64,000 nucleotides of DNA. Origin: the human T2T-CHM13v2.0 reference genome, Homo sapiens. The first letter of the stretch is position 1. Every line of letters begins with the position of its first letter. Of the stretch, positions 14,801 to 29,275 are shown one piece after another. Position numbers and translations under genes: made by a program. The DNA lies in NCBI RefSeq assembly GCF_009914755.1, contig NC_060928.1; one strand, given 5' to 3'. The notes beneath the pieces were generated by a model. The model had not been told where the DNA came from and did no database searches. It saw only the letters and a list, made by a program, of their open reading frames with translations.

Positions 14801-16719
14801 TTATAATCCCTCTTAAAAGAAAGTTATTTTTCCATAAGTTGAAATAGTAAGATTAGTTCTATGACTGTTTTTTGAATAAACATAAATATTATTAAGCTTA
14901 TATTAAGGATAAATGTATCTCACATATACTCATAAGCAATGGAGATCTTTTTTCTATAATCACTTGCAACAACTTTAGCACAATGCATTTTATACTTTCT
15001 CACAATTCTTATTTCTAACAAAAAAGAACAAAAGCCAGAAAAATGTATTATTTCTCTTGCATTTTTCTAATTACCGGAGAGGTTATCTCACAAACTGATC
15101 GTACTATAATAACATTATTAATCTACAAAATTCAAACTATGTTTCTGAATTGTCATTCCTCTTATGGATTTAATGGCTGCATTGTGAAAGCATGACCGAG
15201 AGGACATAAACAAAATACAATCTATGTTTATCTCTCATTCTCTTGTTAATCAGTGGAATACTTTCCTCTGCCCAGAAAAAGAAAAACAAACAAACAAACA
15301 GCAACTATCATGACTTCTTTAATCATTTTTATGTAATAAAGGGTACCATGGCTTCTTTAAGGTTCAAATACAGCCTTAATGGTCTGGCTAGCTATTTTGG
15401 GAGGAAACTTCATGGTCTTCCTTGTCACTCATTTCTAACATTTGCCAAAATGCTTAGTAAGTGAACCACCTATGGTACAGCAGAGGTGAGGTCCAAAAAA
15501 AAAATGGGGAACAAATAAATTCTAATTTTAATTACTATTTAAAGTAGATCATTAAACCACCCTTTCTATGCTCCCCATTTTAGAGTATGGCTATGCCAAA
15601 GATTTTAGGATTTGGTTAGTGGAGAGTCCATTAACTCCCCAATACAGACAAACATATATGCAGAAATATACTATGGAAACCTCCATCCCCAGGCTGAATG
15701 TCAAGGCTCTTCACCACAGGGCAAGAGCTGCTGCCTTTGAATTCTCTCCATAGGTTCTCTTTCCACTTACTTTCCCAAGCTTTTTATAACTTTGATCTCT
15801 ATCAGAGGTGCCTAGATTTTGGGCTCAAGCATTGTGATATCAACTCTAGCATTTATTCCGAACTTGTGTATTGTTTTACCACTTCTGTTGATACCATCTT
15901 AAGACATAGAACATTACCCAAGTTGGCATTTTTGCAATTCTACTATATGATTATATTTTCTCTTTCCACTAATTACTGGTCAATTGTATACTCTAATACT
16001 ACAGATTTATTGTTAGGACCTGAATGCATATTGGTCATCCTGCTCTATGCAACAGATATAACTCAGAGAAAGATCAGTAATTTTAATTAATAAATCATGG
16101 CATTCTATGACCTAGAATGACAGTTTGTTTTATTTCTATGACTTTGAATATTACATGATTTTTGAGACATTGTGGAATAAATCATCTAGGCAAAGAAGAG
16201 CTTGAAATTAGGTGAAGTGATGACTGGCTCAAATAGGTGGAAAGAAAGTCCAAATGAGAAATACCTAATCTAATAGATTTTCACTTTTCTTTATTTGTGA
16301 TTATTATTTTTGCTGCCTATTTCCCAAATGAATTAAAATGGCTGATGGCTGGGTAGAAAGCTAATGCATTAACATTAATTTCAAACCAAGTGACTTGTTA
16401 TGGATATTAACCTGACCATAATCATTTATTAAAAGTGATTTAAAGCAGGCAACTTTTACTGCTTATCAATTTGTATTTCACAAAAATTATAGTTTAGAAA
16501 TATTCAATAAGAATGCAGAGAGAATGTAGGTAGCTATTACTACTAAAATAATGTATAGAATAAGAATCAATTGCAGCTCTAATGGGGAAACTAAAAATAG
16601 TGTACTCGAGAGGGCATAGGCATTTATTCATTCACATGTCCATTTATGCATTTACTTGCTATGCATATTTAATTAATATTAATGAAATTCATTAGTACAT
16701 AACAAATAATAATGTAATA

Positions 16720-16960
16720 TTAATACCTAATATTTATTGAGTGCTTTTCAATATTATGGCTACTTTTCTAAATGTCTTACAGGTATCAGCATATTTAATC
16801 TTTATGACTAACTTATGTAGTCGTTATTTTAATATTATATATAGTTAAGGTATTTATATAAAAGTTAGAAAAAAACATGCCTAGAGACATTAAATAACTT
16901 GACAAGCTCTTACAATTAATCAGCAGCAAACCTAATTCTCAGAAGTCTCTCTGATTTAAA
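16720..16960 (-). mobile_element. MIR, highly diverged
   Basis: taatatttattgagtgctt...atttaatctttatgac...agagacattaaataacttgacaag pattern. Confidence 0.55.
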
Positions 16961-17479
16961 AAATCTATGCAACAGATATTACTTAATGGAATATCAGTAA
17001 TTTCCATTCATACATTTTGACAATATACTGGAATAAAGGGCATTATCTGTGTAAAGACTGTAAACTGCCATCCCCAAAACTCAAGACCCATTTTGTAATA
17101 TCTATCTATTGTTTCACAGTCCACACTTATTCTTATTTCTGTATTTTGATAAAATATCTGTATTTATCTGATTGAATATCAGAATTGTGGGATCCACTGA
17201 ATGTGTACTCCAACCCAGAAATTAGTAGTAGTGTAAATAGGCTATTTCTTAAATATTTATTAAAATTACAAATCACACTGGATGATTTCAGAAGTATCTG
17301 ACTTTAATTTCCATGAGTGAATAGTCATACCTCCACCATGAACAACTAATATATGTACAAAACATATTTGTTGAATAAATGAATGATTTGCAATGTGAAA
17401 ATTGTGGAACAGTATACTTTTTACTGTTATTATGCTTCACTCCTACTCTACTGTGTTCACCTAATATATTCATTTTATT

Positions 17480-17640
17480 CATTTCACAGGCTTAACAATT
17501 CAACACGACACACATTTATTAGCTCAGAGTTCTATGAACCAGTGATCCAGCACTGCATGGCTGACTGGATTATGGGAGTAAAATCCATTATAATTGCAAT
17601 TTCAAGAACTGTGCAGGGCCTGTAGTATTTTGGGGAGCCA
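17480..17640 (-). mobile_element. Old MaLR (MLT1) LTR fragment
   Basis: aacacgacacacatttattagctcagagttctatgaaccagtgatccagcactgcatggctg. Confidence 0.45.
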
Positions 17641-18574
17641 TTTTATAAGCCTATCTCTCCAGTAGTTTCTTTTATTTAGTTTATTTCTATCTTTCCAATA
17701 ATTTCTGCTTCCTTTGTGAATATTCTTTTTAAATCTTGAGTTCTAGAACATCTCCTCCACTCCATTTGCCTCCCTGATCTAGATTTATTCCTCCCACACA
17801 GAAACGTAAAACCAGGCATGCAGATTAAGACAGTTTCTGAGACATTTTAAACATACTTCATCTATGTCATTTACAGATTTAAATTACCTTTTGGTATTAG
17901 GACAGATTAAAAGGTCTTATGTCTGAAAGATTGGTTACTTGTATCACTAGAATATTTTTAAATTGGCAATATCTTCATGAAATTATTTTTCCCATCATAA
18001 CCATTTAATCTATTAAAAATAGGTTTATATGAATAACATGGAAATCCACTTAAACACAATCTACTTTGTTCTACACTTTGTCAAAATAATGAGAGAGATG
18101 TTATGAGATATATGATTTACTATCTATGAGAATTTTTTTTGGAGAATATCTAAGCCATAGAAAAATTTGGTTTCCTCATAAAAGGGGCTATATTCCTTTA
18201 TTTTGGTAATCTGTTCTACTCCGGCCATCTTATTACATTAGAGTTTTTGTTAATTTACACAAATTACTTAACAGTAATCTTTAACAATATTTATTTTTGT
18301 AATACTATCATGATATCTTGATAATCTGGTAAAAATGTTTTTAATAGCAACTTGGAATTTTAAATTTTGAATATTTTGAATTTTCTCTATTTTCACAAGT
18401 ATACGCATTGAAGTTTACCATATAATTCTTTCAAAATTTCTCCCTAGTAATCTTGATATTTTTTATAAAAATACTTCTTCCTAGTGCAAGTCTTCAGATA
18501 AAATTTATTTAGCTGTAAGAGTAATATATTCATTTTGCTTTTCTTCTAATTCTGCATTCATTTTAATTACAATC

Positions 18575-18660
18575 CTATTCTTTCTCCCCTTCTTCTTATT
18601 ACTCTTCTTTCTTCTGTTCCTCCTCCTCCTCTCCTTCTCCTCTCTTCTACTTATTCTTTT
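18575..18660. repeat. CT-rich low-complexity tract
   Basis: Runs of ttc/ctc/tcc. Confidence 0.8.
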
Positions 18661-21346
18661 CACAATAGTAAATCAATAAAAATGATATCTCAATTGGCAC
18701 ATACATCGAAAATGCCCTTGGTCTTTTAGCATTTTCTTTCCTACGTTCAGAATTAAGACTAAACTGAATTGATTGGAGGGTTAAGGCTTATAATTGTTAC
18801 AATACTCTGTCTTTATTTGAGTGCTGGGGCAAGATAAATCTTACACAAATATAATTTTCTAAAAAGCTTGTACATGTATCATATAGTACCTTCTTTTTAA
18901 AGAATTTCCTCCTAAATGCATACCACAGAGTTCAACAAAAGTAAATGTTATTTCTCAGGCTGAAAATATTTCTTGAAAAAATTAGGTTTTTTTTCCTAGA
19001 CAGAGCCACTGGAGCCACTTATACACAGATATTAATAGAAGTATTTATTAAATAATGCAATTGTTGTTTAATAATTTTCTTTCCATTACTTTTCTCAGTT
19101 TACTAATAGTCACACCTAAAACTCTCTTTCAATTGAAGACTTTTGGTGTGGAAAATAAGTTTTTGAGTTTTATTACAGGTACAGTTACAGTACAAGCAAT
19201 AAACTTTATTTCTCCCAACCATCTTAGTCACTTTCAGGTCCTGTTGTATTAACTGTATTATGTTGAAGGAAAATTAATTCCATGATATGCCATTTTCTAC
19301 AGTTGAAATAATAAACATTTTAGCACAATGGGAATAATACATTCCTTTATATAAACACAGCATTTATGTACTGAATTTGAGTGCTACTAGAAGAAAATTG
19401 AATTTTCTCTTTGGAAAATTTTGAAAATGTTTATTTAAAACTAAATAGAATAAGAACTTTCTTTTGCAACAATTGTAATCTGTAAACTTTACCTGAATCA
19501 TCATTAAATGAAAGAGAAATTTGTGGTTATAAAAGCATTAATGAAATAGCTTTGGAGTAGAAATAATAATAATTAAGCATTGGAAATATTAGTGATTTTT
19601 GTTTACTGTGAAAAGAAATTTATCTTTCTCTGTTCAGCAGAAATTTATTTATGTACTGAAAACAAATAGTACAAAAGTTTATTTTTTTCTTTTACTGCAT
19701 AAAATTTTCCTAATAGACAAATAATGCTAAATAAACACCAAGTAGAAAAGTATAAGAATTATCCAAATATGCCTGTATATTATTATATTTTATACAAAAA
19801 TTACAAATTGCCCTTGCTCCTTTCAATGACTCTAAGGGACAACAACAAATATTTACTGCTATATATCAGTGTATATACACAGGATATGTTAATGGTATTC
19901 AGATTGTGTCAAAGAAAATTAGGATATGTGAAAATTCAAAGGGCATACATAGTGGTTTCTGCTTTCTTGTCTAAATAATATGTTCGCAAAGGTCCACAAC
20001 TTAAAGCAGAAATTAATCTCAGCTTCTAGTTCGCAGTTGTATAGTATCAATTCAAGGTAATTTTATTTATTTACTTACATATAGTTACACTCAAAGACAT
20101 TTCTGTAAATCATATGGAATAAGATAAAATATTAACTGACTTCAATTTATTTAATCTCAAATTGCTAGAGCCCCAAAATGAAATTTACCAAAAGAGAAGG
20201 TGTATAAACCATCTTTCTGATGTATTTATATACATTTTCCCATAATAAATGATAAGGCAGCTTCGATTTCTATCAAAGGAATAAAGTGCCAGTAATTGGG
20301 ATTTTGATCTTAGTCACTTTCTGGCAATAAACTTTATCTCAGCTTCTCCAGACTAATTATGGGAAGTTGAAAGAGAGAAACTGAAAAATCAAAAGATGGT
20401 GAGCAAAGTAGTCATCTGGCATATGTTCCAAATAATCCTCATACAGGGAAGATTTGGCAAAGGCGATGCACATTGACAAGCAAGCAAAGAGCATCTCAGA
20501 AAGATGCAGCTTGACAGATGAAGAAATGTTAAGTATGAGTAACGCAATGATTGTCCTGGCTTATTTTGATCATATTTATTTAGTTTTAAATCAAATAATT
20601 GAATAATTTCCTACTTTTAATCATGCCAATGTATCTACTCACAACTCAAGTGAAATATGATGTATATAAAATGTCACTTTTTTCTCCATGTTTTGCATGC
20701 CCAATGTTAATATGTTAATGTATAATGTTATTTTTATTTATCAAATTTATGTCAAATAAATTACTTTTTCAATGCCTTAGTACCCTTATGTATAAAATGG
20801 AAATATTATTAGTATTTACTTCCATAGTAAAGCATTTAATACATGGTCACAATTATTTTAATCTACCAGTCTTACTAGATAATAGTAAAACATTATTATA
20901 AAATAAGGAATCTATAACAAAAATAATAATAATTTTGAACAGTGAAGAATTGGACAGCATACTTAAATTTCTCAATGCATAAAATTCAAGGCATATGATT
21001 GAGTGATGGGACCCATGATTCAATAAATAGTAATTAGATTTGGGCTCACAATTTTTACAAAAAGCTCTAATGCATTTTCTAATGTTGTAAAAACACAAAA
21101 CAAGAAAAAACGTAGTAGTTTCAAGAGAAGCTCTTACAATCACCGTTTTAGATTAATCACAGTGAAGGCCTTCAGAATTTGGAGCAAAACTCTCTGTCTC
21201 CTGCAGGTATCATCTTTTTGAATAAAGCTTCTGGATTGCTCTAGGTTCCTAGTAAAAACTAATTATTTTCCATGGATACAAAGTAATAAGTAGTAGGTAA
21301 ATTTGCCTCTCAGTACTTAATTTAGGTAGTAACAAAGAGGAGTGTG

Positions 21347-21636
21347 AGCTAGGAATGGTGGCCCATGCCTGTAATCCCAACACTTTGGTAGGGGAAGCGA
21401 GTGGATTACTTGAGTCCAGGAGTTTGAGATCAGCCTGGGCAACATAGTGAAATCTCATATCTATGAAAACTACAAAAATTATCCTGGTTTGGTGGTATGC
21501 ACCTGTAGTCACTTGGGAGGCTGAGGTGGGAGGATCACTTGAGCCCAGGAGGTCAAGGCTGCAATGAGCTCTGATCACACCACTGCACTCCAGCCTGGGT
21601 GAAAGAACAAGATCCAGTCTCTAAATAAATAAATAA
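21347..21636 (+). mobile_element. AluJ
   Basis: Diverged dimer with J diagnostics (gggaggatcacttgagcccaggaggtcaaggctgca; cctgggcaacatagtga) and a (TAAA)n tail. Confidence 0.93.
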
Positions 21637-21659
21637 GGATGTGACTCAGATAGAAAAGA

Positions 21660-22126
21660 AATTGGCATCACCTAGTGATGGATAAATGGACATACCCTGT
21701 TTTGAGGGCAGAGCATGTGATGGGAGGTATGAGGGATAGTTGTATCATGTTAGGAGAAATAATTATTTTGCTATTTTTTTATTTCAAAGCTAAATGTATC
21801 TAAAAGAGATGCCTATGAATACCAAATATAGTTAGAGTGCTGCATATGAGTTAAAAAAATACAGTTAAAAAAGATGTATGAATGTCAAGTTGCCAAGGTT
21901 TCAACTGTGCTGTGTCACTTTGGTTAAACTGAAGAATACATTTCACAGAATCCCCTTTCTTGCATTTTTCTAAGTAGCATTAGTCATAAAAGCTTATGCC
22001 AGATTTTGAAGTCTTATATAAGTCAGTCAAATAAGGTGCCAGGCACAACAACACCTCCTTGGGTCCCAGCTTGTCATCTTCTACACATGTCCAGCTTTTC
22101 TAAATAACTGAAACTGCAGCAACTAC
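21660..22126 (+). mobile_element. ERVL internal 3' end plus start of its LTR (LTR41/LTR33-like)
   Basis: gttgtatcatgttagg...gatgtatgaatgtcaagttgccaaggtttcaac resembles the ERVL 3' end/PPT. It is followed at 21906 by tgtgctgtgtcactttggttaaactgaagaatacatttcacagaatcccct. Confidence 0.6.
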
Positions 22127-22306
22127 TGTTACAGTAGGCGGTCAGTCAAACACAGGCAGGGCAGGAGAGTCAAGCAGGGCAAGAGAGCCCCACCCCACCC
22201 CCAAGCACCATCAGGAATGTCAGGCCTTATGCCTCTCAGTTGAATTCTTCTGAGGAGGCAAGAACTGAGGTTGCTGCTGACCTGTACAAATTTGCTCCTG
22301 TTAACA
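22127..22306 (+). mobile_element. MER50 5' LTR, internally deleted (180 bp)
   Basis: TGTTA...TAACA ends. Both ends align to the 3' LTR at 28268-29014. Followed by PBS-like tggtgcca at 22312. Confidence 0.85.
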
Positions 22307-23804
22307 TACATTGGTGCCACTTAACTCAGTTACATTCTCTACTTGTAAGATATCTCTATATCTTGCCTTCTTCAGCTGGAGGCATTCAACCTCATGTATA
22401 TTTTCTTCTCCCCTTTCACTCTCCTGCTTAATAATCAGCCCCCAGAATGATTATTCTGGGTCACAGTGTCTCTGCTTCTCCCTGGCTGATCTCTCAGGTT
22501 ACCCTGACACACTTATCAGGGTGTCAAGGACCCTGTAATCTGCACAGAGTAGGTCAGAGACACTCATAGCTTTCCTGGACTGGAAGCTCGTGAGAGTAGT
22601 AGGGCTAAAGCCTGAGATCATTTAATATCTTGGGTTTCCTCTGCTTTTCCATCTACAATTGGCTCTTTCCCAAAAACTCACATCACCTGTTCTCCTGTTT
22701 ACTCTGTGCATATTGTGAAATGGCCTTTTGCACCTGCGGGATCCTTTGCCTTCAGAGCAAGTCTGTCTTAAACATACACCCCCCGTTTTTCATGTGCCCA
22801 CAGCTCTTGCTGCATTTTCTCAGCAGCAAAGAAACCGACTCCTTTGCAGATGCCTGTTTGCCCATTGCTAGGACAGACACTAACTGGAACCCCGGCTCTG
22901 CCAGCTCTTTGTGACTAACCATACATTTTTTATCCCTGTTATGATCCAGGGCCAAGTTTTCCAGTGGCTTTTGAAAAAGTTAACATGCCTACATAGGGTC
23001 TCACTCTGTGGTCCTTTGAGGACCTCACCTACTGTTTATTTTTGGGTTAGCACCTCTTTGGGAGGAGGGGAAATTCTTCTTTTGCCATGTTTGAGTTCTT
23101 ACCCCAAGCCCTGAGTCCTCCAGAGGTTCCTCCTTTATGTCAAGAGGGCAAATAAACGTTGCCCTCTTCAGTCCAAGGGCTGCTGTTTCCACTAGCATAT
23201 GAAGGCTTCCTGTGAGTATTCCTCTTGCTTCTTTCACTTCCTCCTGCAGCCTCCATTTCCTCCTCCACTTCCATACCCTTCTCAATATGCATCAAGACCT
23301 TCAAGGTTATATTTAAAAAGAGGAAAGTCCAGCCACCTTGCGGCAGTTAACTGAAAAACAGGTTTCTTGCCTACTTAAAGATCATGGGAAACGGGAATCT
23401 GAGAAAATAGATAATTATTTTCTTGCTAGAATACTCGGAGTTTCTATAAGCTTATGGAGACACAAATATAGCCCAGCCTAAGGATGCAGGTGCAAGTGAT
23501 GAAGCGTGGTCCCAGACTAATAGATTACCATTAGAACAGAGATAAAGGCAAGGTTAAGGGTATGCGAGAAGACCAGTTCAACCCAGAAACCCAAGGATAA
23601 ACAGGGGCCTCTTGTACACTCGGATACGTCCTCTGTTCTCCGGTGGGTAATTGTGATGAGATGGGACCAAGGTTAAAGGTACAAGGTAAGACCAGTTTAT
23701 TCTGGAACCCTAAGGATGAATGGGGGAACACCCAATTCAAGATAATAGGAAAATAAGAGGGAATGCTTCATTTTATTTTTTCTCCCTCTGTTCTCTCTTC
23801 ACAG

Positions 23805-24820
23805 ATGGGTAGTCATGTCTCCATACCAGAGGACATGCTCCTCAGATGCAATCCCCAAAACTGGGTAAAATTTAATTCTCCCAAACCTTAAAACAACAAA
23901 AAACTAGTTTTCCTTTGTAATACTGTTTGGCCTAAAAATAAATTGGGAGAAAATTATGAAAGTCAGTCTTAGAATTCAGTGCCCTTATGCAGGAAATCCT
24001 GAAATTAGCTTCCTCAGTTTTTGTAACTGAAATCAGGACAAAGAGGTCAAGGCTAAGGAAAGAGAAATGCTGGAGCCAGAGGCATGCTTAAGTACTGGCT
24101 GCTCTGCAAGCTCTCAAGCCTTCTCCAGGTTGCCCTAAGGACATTCCTCCAGATAACTGCCATTGGTGTGGGAAGCCAGGCCACTGGAAGGCAAACTGCC
24201 CTAAGGGGACAAACAGGAGGTAGCCTCACACAGCTTACCCACTTTGCTACAAGCTCAGCCATTGTAAATGGGACTTTCCCTGATGGCTGAAGGATAAGTG
24301 GGACAGAATTCCAACCCCTGATGACCTTGAGCTGAAGGGGCTCTCTGGCTCGCTTCTAAATCAGACATCATCATCAACAGGCCAAAGCCAAGAGCAACTC
24401 TGGAGGTGGCAAAAAAAAATTATCAATTTCCCTTTTGGGTTCAAGAACTGCCTACTCTGTGCTAATCTCCTCTAAGCAACTGTCCTCCAAATTCTGTCAG
24501 GCAATGTGACTAAATGGCACACTCTCCCTCCAAAAGAAAAGATTCACACATTTGTGAGCAAAAATATACTTTCCAAGAAGGGTGGCTGCTTAGTATTTAC
24601 CCAATCTCTAAATTCATCATTCCCTCTCATAGCCCTTTTTACCCTGAGAAATCTACCTAAATCTTTAACCAATAAATTTAAGTTCAACCTGGACAGCCCT
24701 ACCTCATAGGTTTAGAAATAGCCCACACTTATTCAAATAAGCCCTAGCAAAACTTTAACTGAGCAATATCTTAAGGGGAAGATAACTTCTACAGTATATA
24801 GATAACCTCCATATCTGCTC
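23805..24820 (+). pseudogene. Collapsed ERV1 gag-pro-pol remnants
   Basis: MA-like MGSHVS...KKLVFLCNTVWP from 23805. Zinc knuckle CHWCGKPGHWKANCP at 24158-24202. Protease-like KPRATLEVA...AYSVL at ~24385-24465. RT-like FRNSPHLF and LLQYIDNL (YIDN at 24795-24806). Stops, frameshifts and large deletions throughout. Confidence 0.8.
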
Positions 24821-26165
24821 CCCGCTTGCATGACTCACACAGCAACATGCAATACAAACCTTAACTTCCTAACAGAAAATGACTTGTCTAATTCAAAGAT
24901 TATAGAGGTAAAGAGGTATTTTTGGTAATGAAGGTCATAAAGAAAAAAGATTTTATATGACAAAGGATCTTATATGGTAAATTCTTGTCCTAAAGTACAA
25001 TGACTGGTTGTTTAAAAAGAGGGATGTTTACATACAAGGTGTGTAAAGTAGAATGTGCTTTTGGTGAAAGATTATAAGAAAGCATGAAAATGTAGATTAT
25101 TTTTCCTAGTTTAAAGGGTCAAAATATTGTTTTACATTAGTTAGGATAAAGCTAAAGGTTGAAGCTAGTTGGGGACGGTTTGTGAAAAATTAATCTTGTA
25201 AACAAAATTCTGTGTGTGATCATATTAGCTAAAGTGGTTTTAATTATTCAGTTTTTCCAGAAATTGAACATTGGAATAAAAGCACAACAGAGTTTTATTA
25301 AAGCATTAATCTGCTCTTTATAAATGTGTTATTGGTACATCTTCCAACATTATGTGAAATTCCTTTAATTCTGATATAACTTAGTATACATTATCAATAA
25401 TAATTATATTTGTTATGTTGAATTATTGTGTGCCACAGAGGTAACAAGTTTGCATGGCAAATGTGCCTTTGACTGTGGCTGCCCTGAGAAGTTTTGACAC
25501 CCACAGACAATTGTCATCATTTTTTCATCCTCTTTAGAAGGTGGTTTTATAATTCAGCTATAGAACTGTAACAGCTGCTCTTAAATGCAGGTTTCCAATG
25601 ACTTCAGAGACTGTGACATTAGAACAAAGGAAAAACTTTCAGAACTCTCATGGAGAGCTAAAATGTTCATGAATATCAAGCAGAACAGGAGTTATCTGCA
25701 TGAACTGCACTAATAAAGGACTGAAACAGTCCTTCTAGTTCCAGCTTTTAACAACTGAGTAAAGTATACTCCTATAAAGAAAATTTGGAGCATATTTGTT
25801 TCTCTGTACCTGATTTCTCCAGAATTTTGAAACTATTTGTGAGTATTTTTAACTTATGTCAATGCACTTATTTGCATAAGTGCAATAAGAATCTGTTTTC
25901 TTTTGCAACAGATTACAGTTGGAGAAACTGATTATTTACTTAGGCTTTGACTAAAATGGCTTGTTTTTCTTTAAGGAATCAAATTTGATTTAAAGAGCCA
26001 ATAAAGAAACCTTTGGGAAAACTGGACTCATACTTTGTCTACACAATGTACAGGGTTCCTGTCCTGTGGTAGATAAAGGATGTCACTTTCTGATAGGCCC
26101 AGGAGCCCTAAGATATCTTGTGACCTCAATAAGAGAGGATTTACACAACTCATAAAAGTATTTGA

Positions 26166-27390
<1,225 letters not shown>

Positions 27391-28267
27391 AAAGAAGTCA
27401 TATCTGAGATTCTTTATGGAACAAGATTCCATAAAAGCCGATTTTTTTTAAAAAAGCACATATGTCAAGTAATTATTCTTTCTGTGCTTTATGCAAATAA
27501 TTAAGCCATGTATAGTAAGCCTGAAGTTATTTTGCAAACAAATCAGTCCTATTATTTTTTTTTTAAAACTAGGGAGAAAAATTATGTTTCAAAAAATTTA
27601 TTACTCCTGTTACTAGACTCTAGTCTCTCAGTTGTTTTTGAGTTTTTATCTGCAATTTGGGCTAACTCTGCTTATTCCTGTGAACCAACCAGTGATTGCT
27701 GCCTGCAGCTCAGAAGAAACAAGAGGGTGGACAATGTAAAAATCTGGATCAATATTCTAATTCTGGGTACATATTGGAACTAACTAGCAATCCCATGCAC
27801 CTAAGTCTTAGTGGGCAATGATTACAGCCACCAGCTACCTGGGCACATCAGCAGCCTTGGAATTTTTTAGAGCTGTCCTCACCCCTTAATCTTATTTTGA
27901 CATCTTTCTAAATTTAAAAACCCGATTTGTCTCTTCTCACCTTCAGGCCATTAAGCTCCAGATGATCTTCAGTATGAGGGATACCATCCTCTCAATATTC
28001 AAGAGTCACCCTTCTACAGAGAGTACCCCTAGACTGCCAATCAGTGGAACATGACAAAGGTGAAATCCTGCCCCTATCTCCCTTGGACCTGTCTGGGTAT
28101 TGCTTTCACCAACTCAGGGAGACAACACTGCCCTGACAGCTAATAAGAGGCCAAGATCCACAAAACCACCACCTCCACTCCTCTGTCAGAAGAAAGGAGT
28201 TACAAAAGGCTGACCTTTGCCCATTTTTTTCCAAATAAATGGGGTCTCGAACTCTTGAGTGGAGAAA

Positions 28268-29014
28268 TGGTACAGGAGGTAGTTAGTCAAACATGCGCCA
28301 GGCCAGAGAGCGCCCCCGCCCTACCCCCACACCCACACCAGGGGTCAGGCAACCATCAGGTGATGATCAGGTGGTTGTTAAAATAATTGGTCACAGCTGG
28401 CAACAGGGAACTGCAGTCTCCCAATAGAAACACCTGAAACTGGTGATCAGCAGCTTCCCAATAAGATAATAATAATTGGTCACAGCTGATGACAGGGACA
28501 GGCAGTCTCCCAATAGACAGAAACACCTGAAATTGGTGAGCAGCCGCTTCCCAATAAGATCTCTGGAGTTGGGTGAGTGAGCTCAAGCATGCACACTAAG
28601 ACAAAATGGTGGAGTTTAACTGGTATATGACCTTCTAGGAACACTTGACTGGTAAGGGAAGGACATGCCTACAACTCCAGTAAACACACTGCGCATGTCT
28701 CCCAAGTTTTGGCAGCCACTGCGCAGGCAGACAGCCCACCCAAAGGGAAGACACAGGACAGAAGGGACGCAACCCCCTGGAAGTATGCCAATGCATAAAA
28801 CCCTAAGCCAAAGGTTAAACCACACATTTGGCCTTACAAGTCACCTACTTGGCCCTCTTCCAAGTGTACTTTACTAAGCTTTTTAATAAACATTCACTCC
28901 TGTTCTGAAGCTTGCCTTGGTTTCCCACTCTGCCTTACACCCCTCGAATTCTTTCTTCTGTGGAAGCAAGAATTGAAGACACTGCAGACCCGTACAGATT
29001 CGCTGCTGCTAACA
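28268..29014 (+). mobile_element. MER50 3' LTR (747 bp)
   Basis: TG...AACA ends. MER50 blocks aattggtcacagc, gaaacacctgaaactggtgatcagcagcttccc, caaaatggtgg. TATA-like cataaaa at 28794-28800 and AATAAA at 28885-28890. Confidence 0.9.
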
Positions 29015-29125
29015 TCAGCACCAGTCTCAGGACCACCATTAGATATTCGACTTTGGACCAGAATGGTAGTAACTAAACACAGGTAACACCTTGCCATATA
29101 CTACTCACCAACTCTACACAAGTAA
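29015..29125 (+). mobile_element. Probable continuation of the ERVL-type LTR interrupted at 22126
   Basis: ctcaggaccaccattagat...cacaggtaacaccttgccata weakly resembles LTR41-type sequence (from memory). Confidence 0.35.
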
Positions 29126-29126
29126 T

Positions 29127-29275
29127 CTTCCTTCCTCCTCTTCCTCCTCCTTTTCTTCCTTCTCCTTGCTCTTCTCCTTTCTCCTATTCCCCCTCTTTAT
29201 GTTTTCTTTCTTCTCCTCCCCCTTCTTTTCTCCACCTTCTGCTCTTCATTGTCCTTCTTCTCCTCCTTCTCTTTC
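29127..29275. repeat. Polypyrimidine (TCC/TTC) low-complexity tract
   Basis: ~150 bp almost entirely C/T on the plus strand. Confidence 0.85.

Noticed and set aside
15698-16090. 130-aa plus-strand ORF
   Set aside because: Composition typical of AT-rich non-coding DNA; no homology recognised.
28382-28560. Direct repeats here and at 12753-12835 considered as a CRISPR-like array
   Set aside because: Only two diverged copies, no unique spacers, eukaryotic context and no cas genes.
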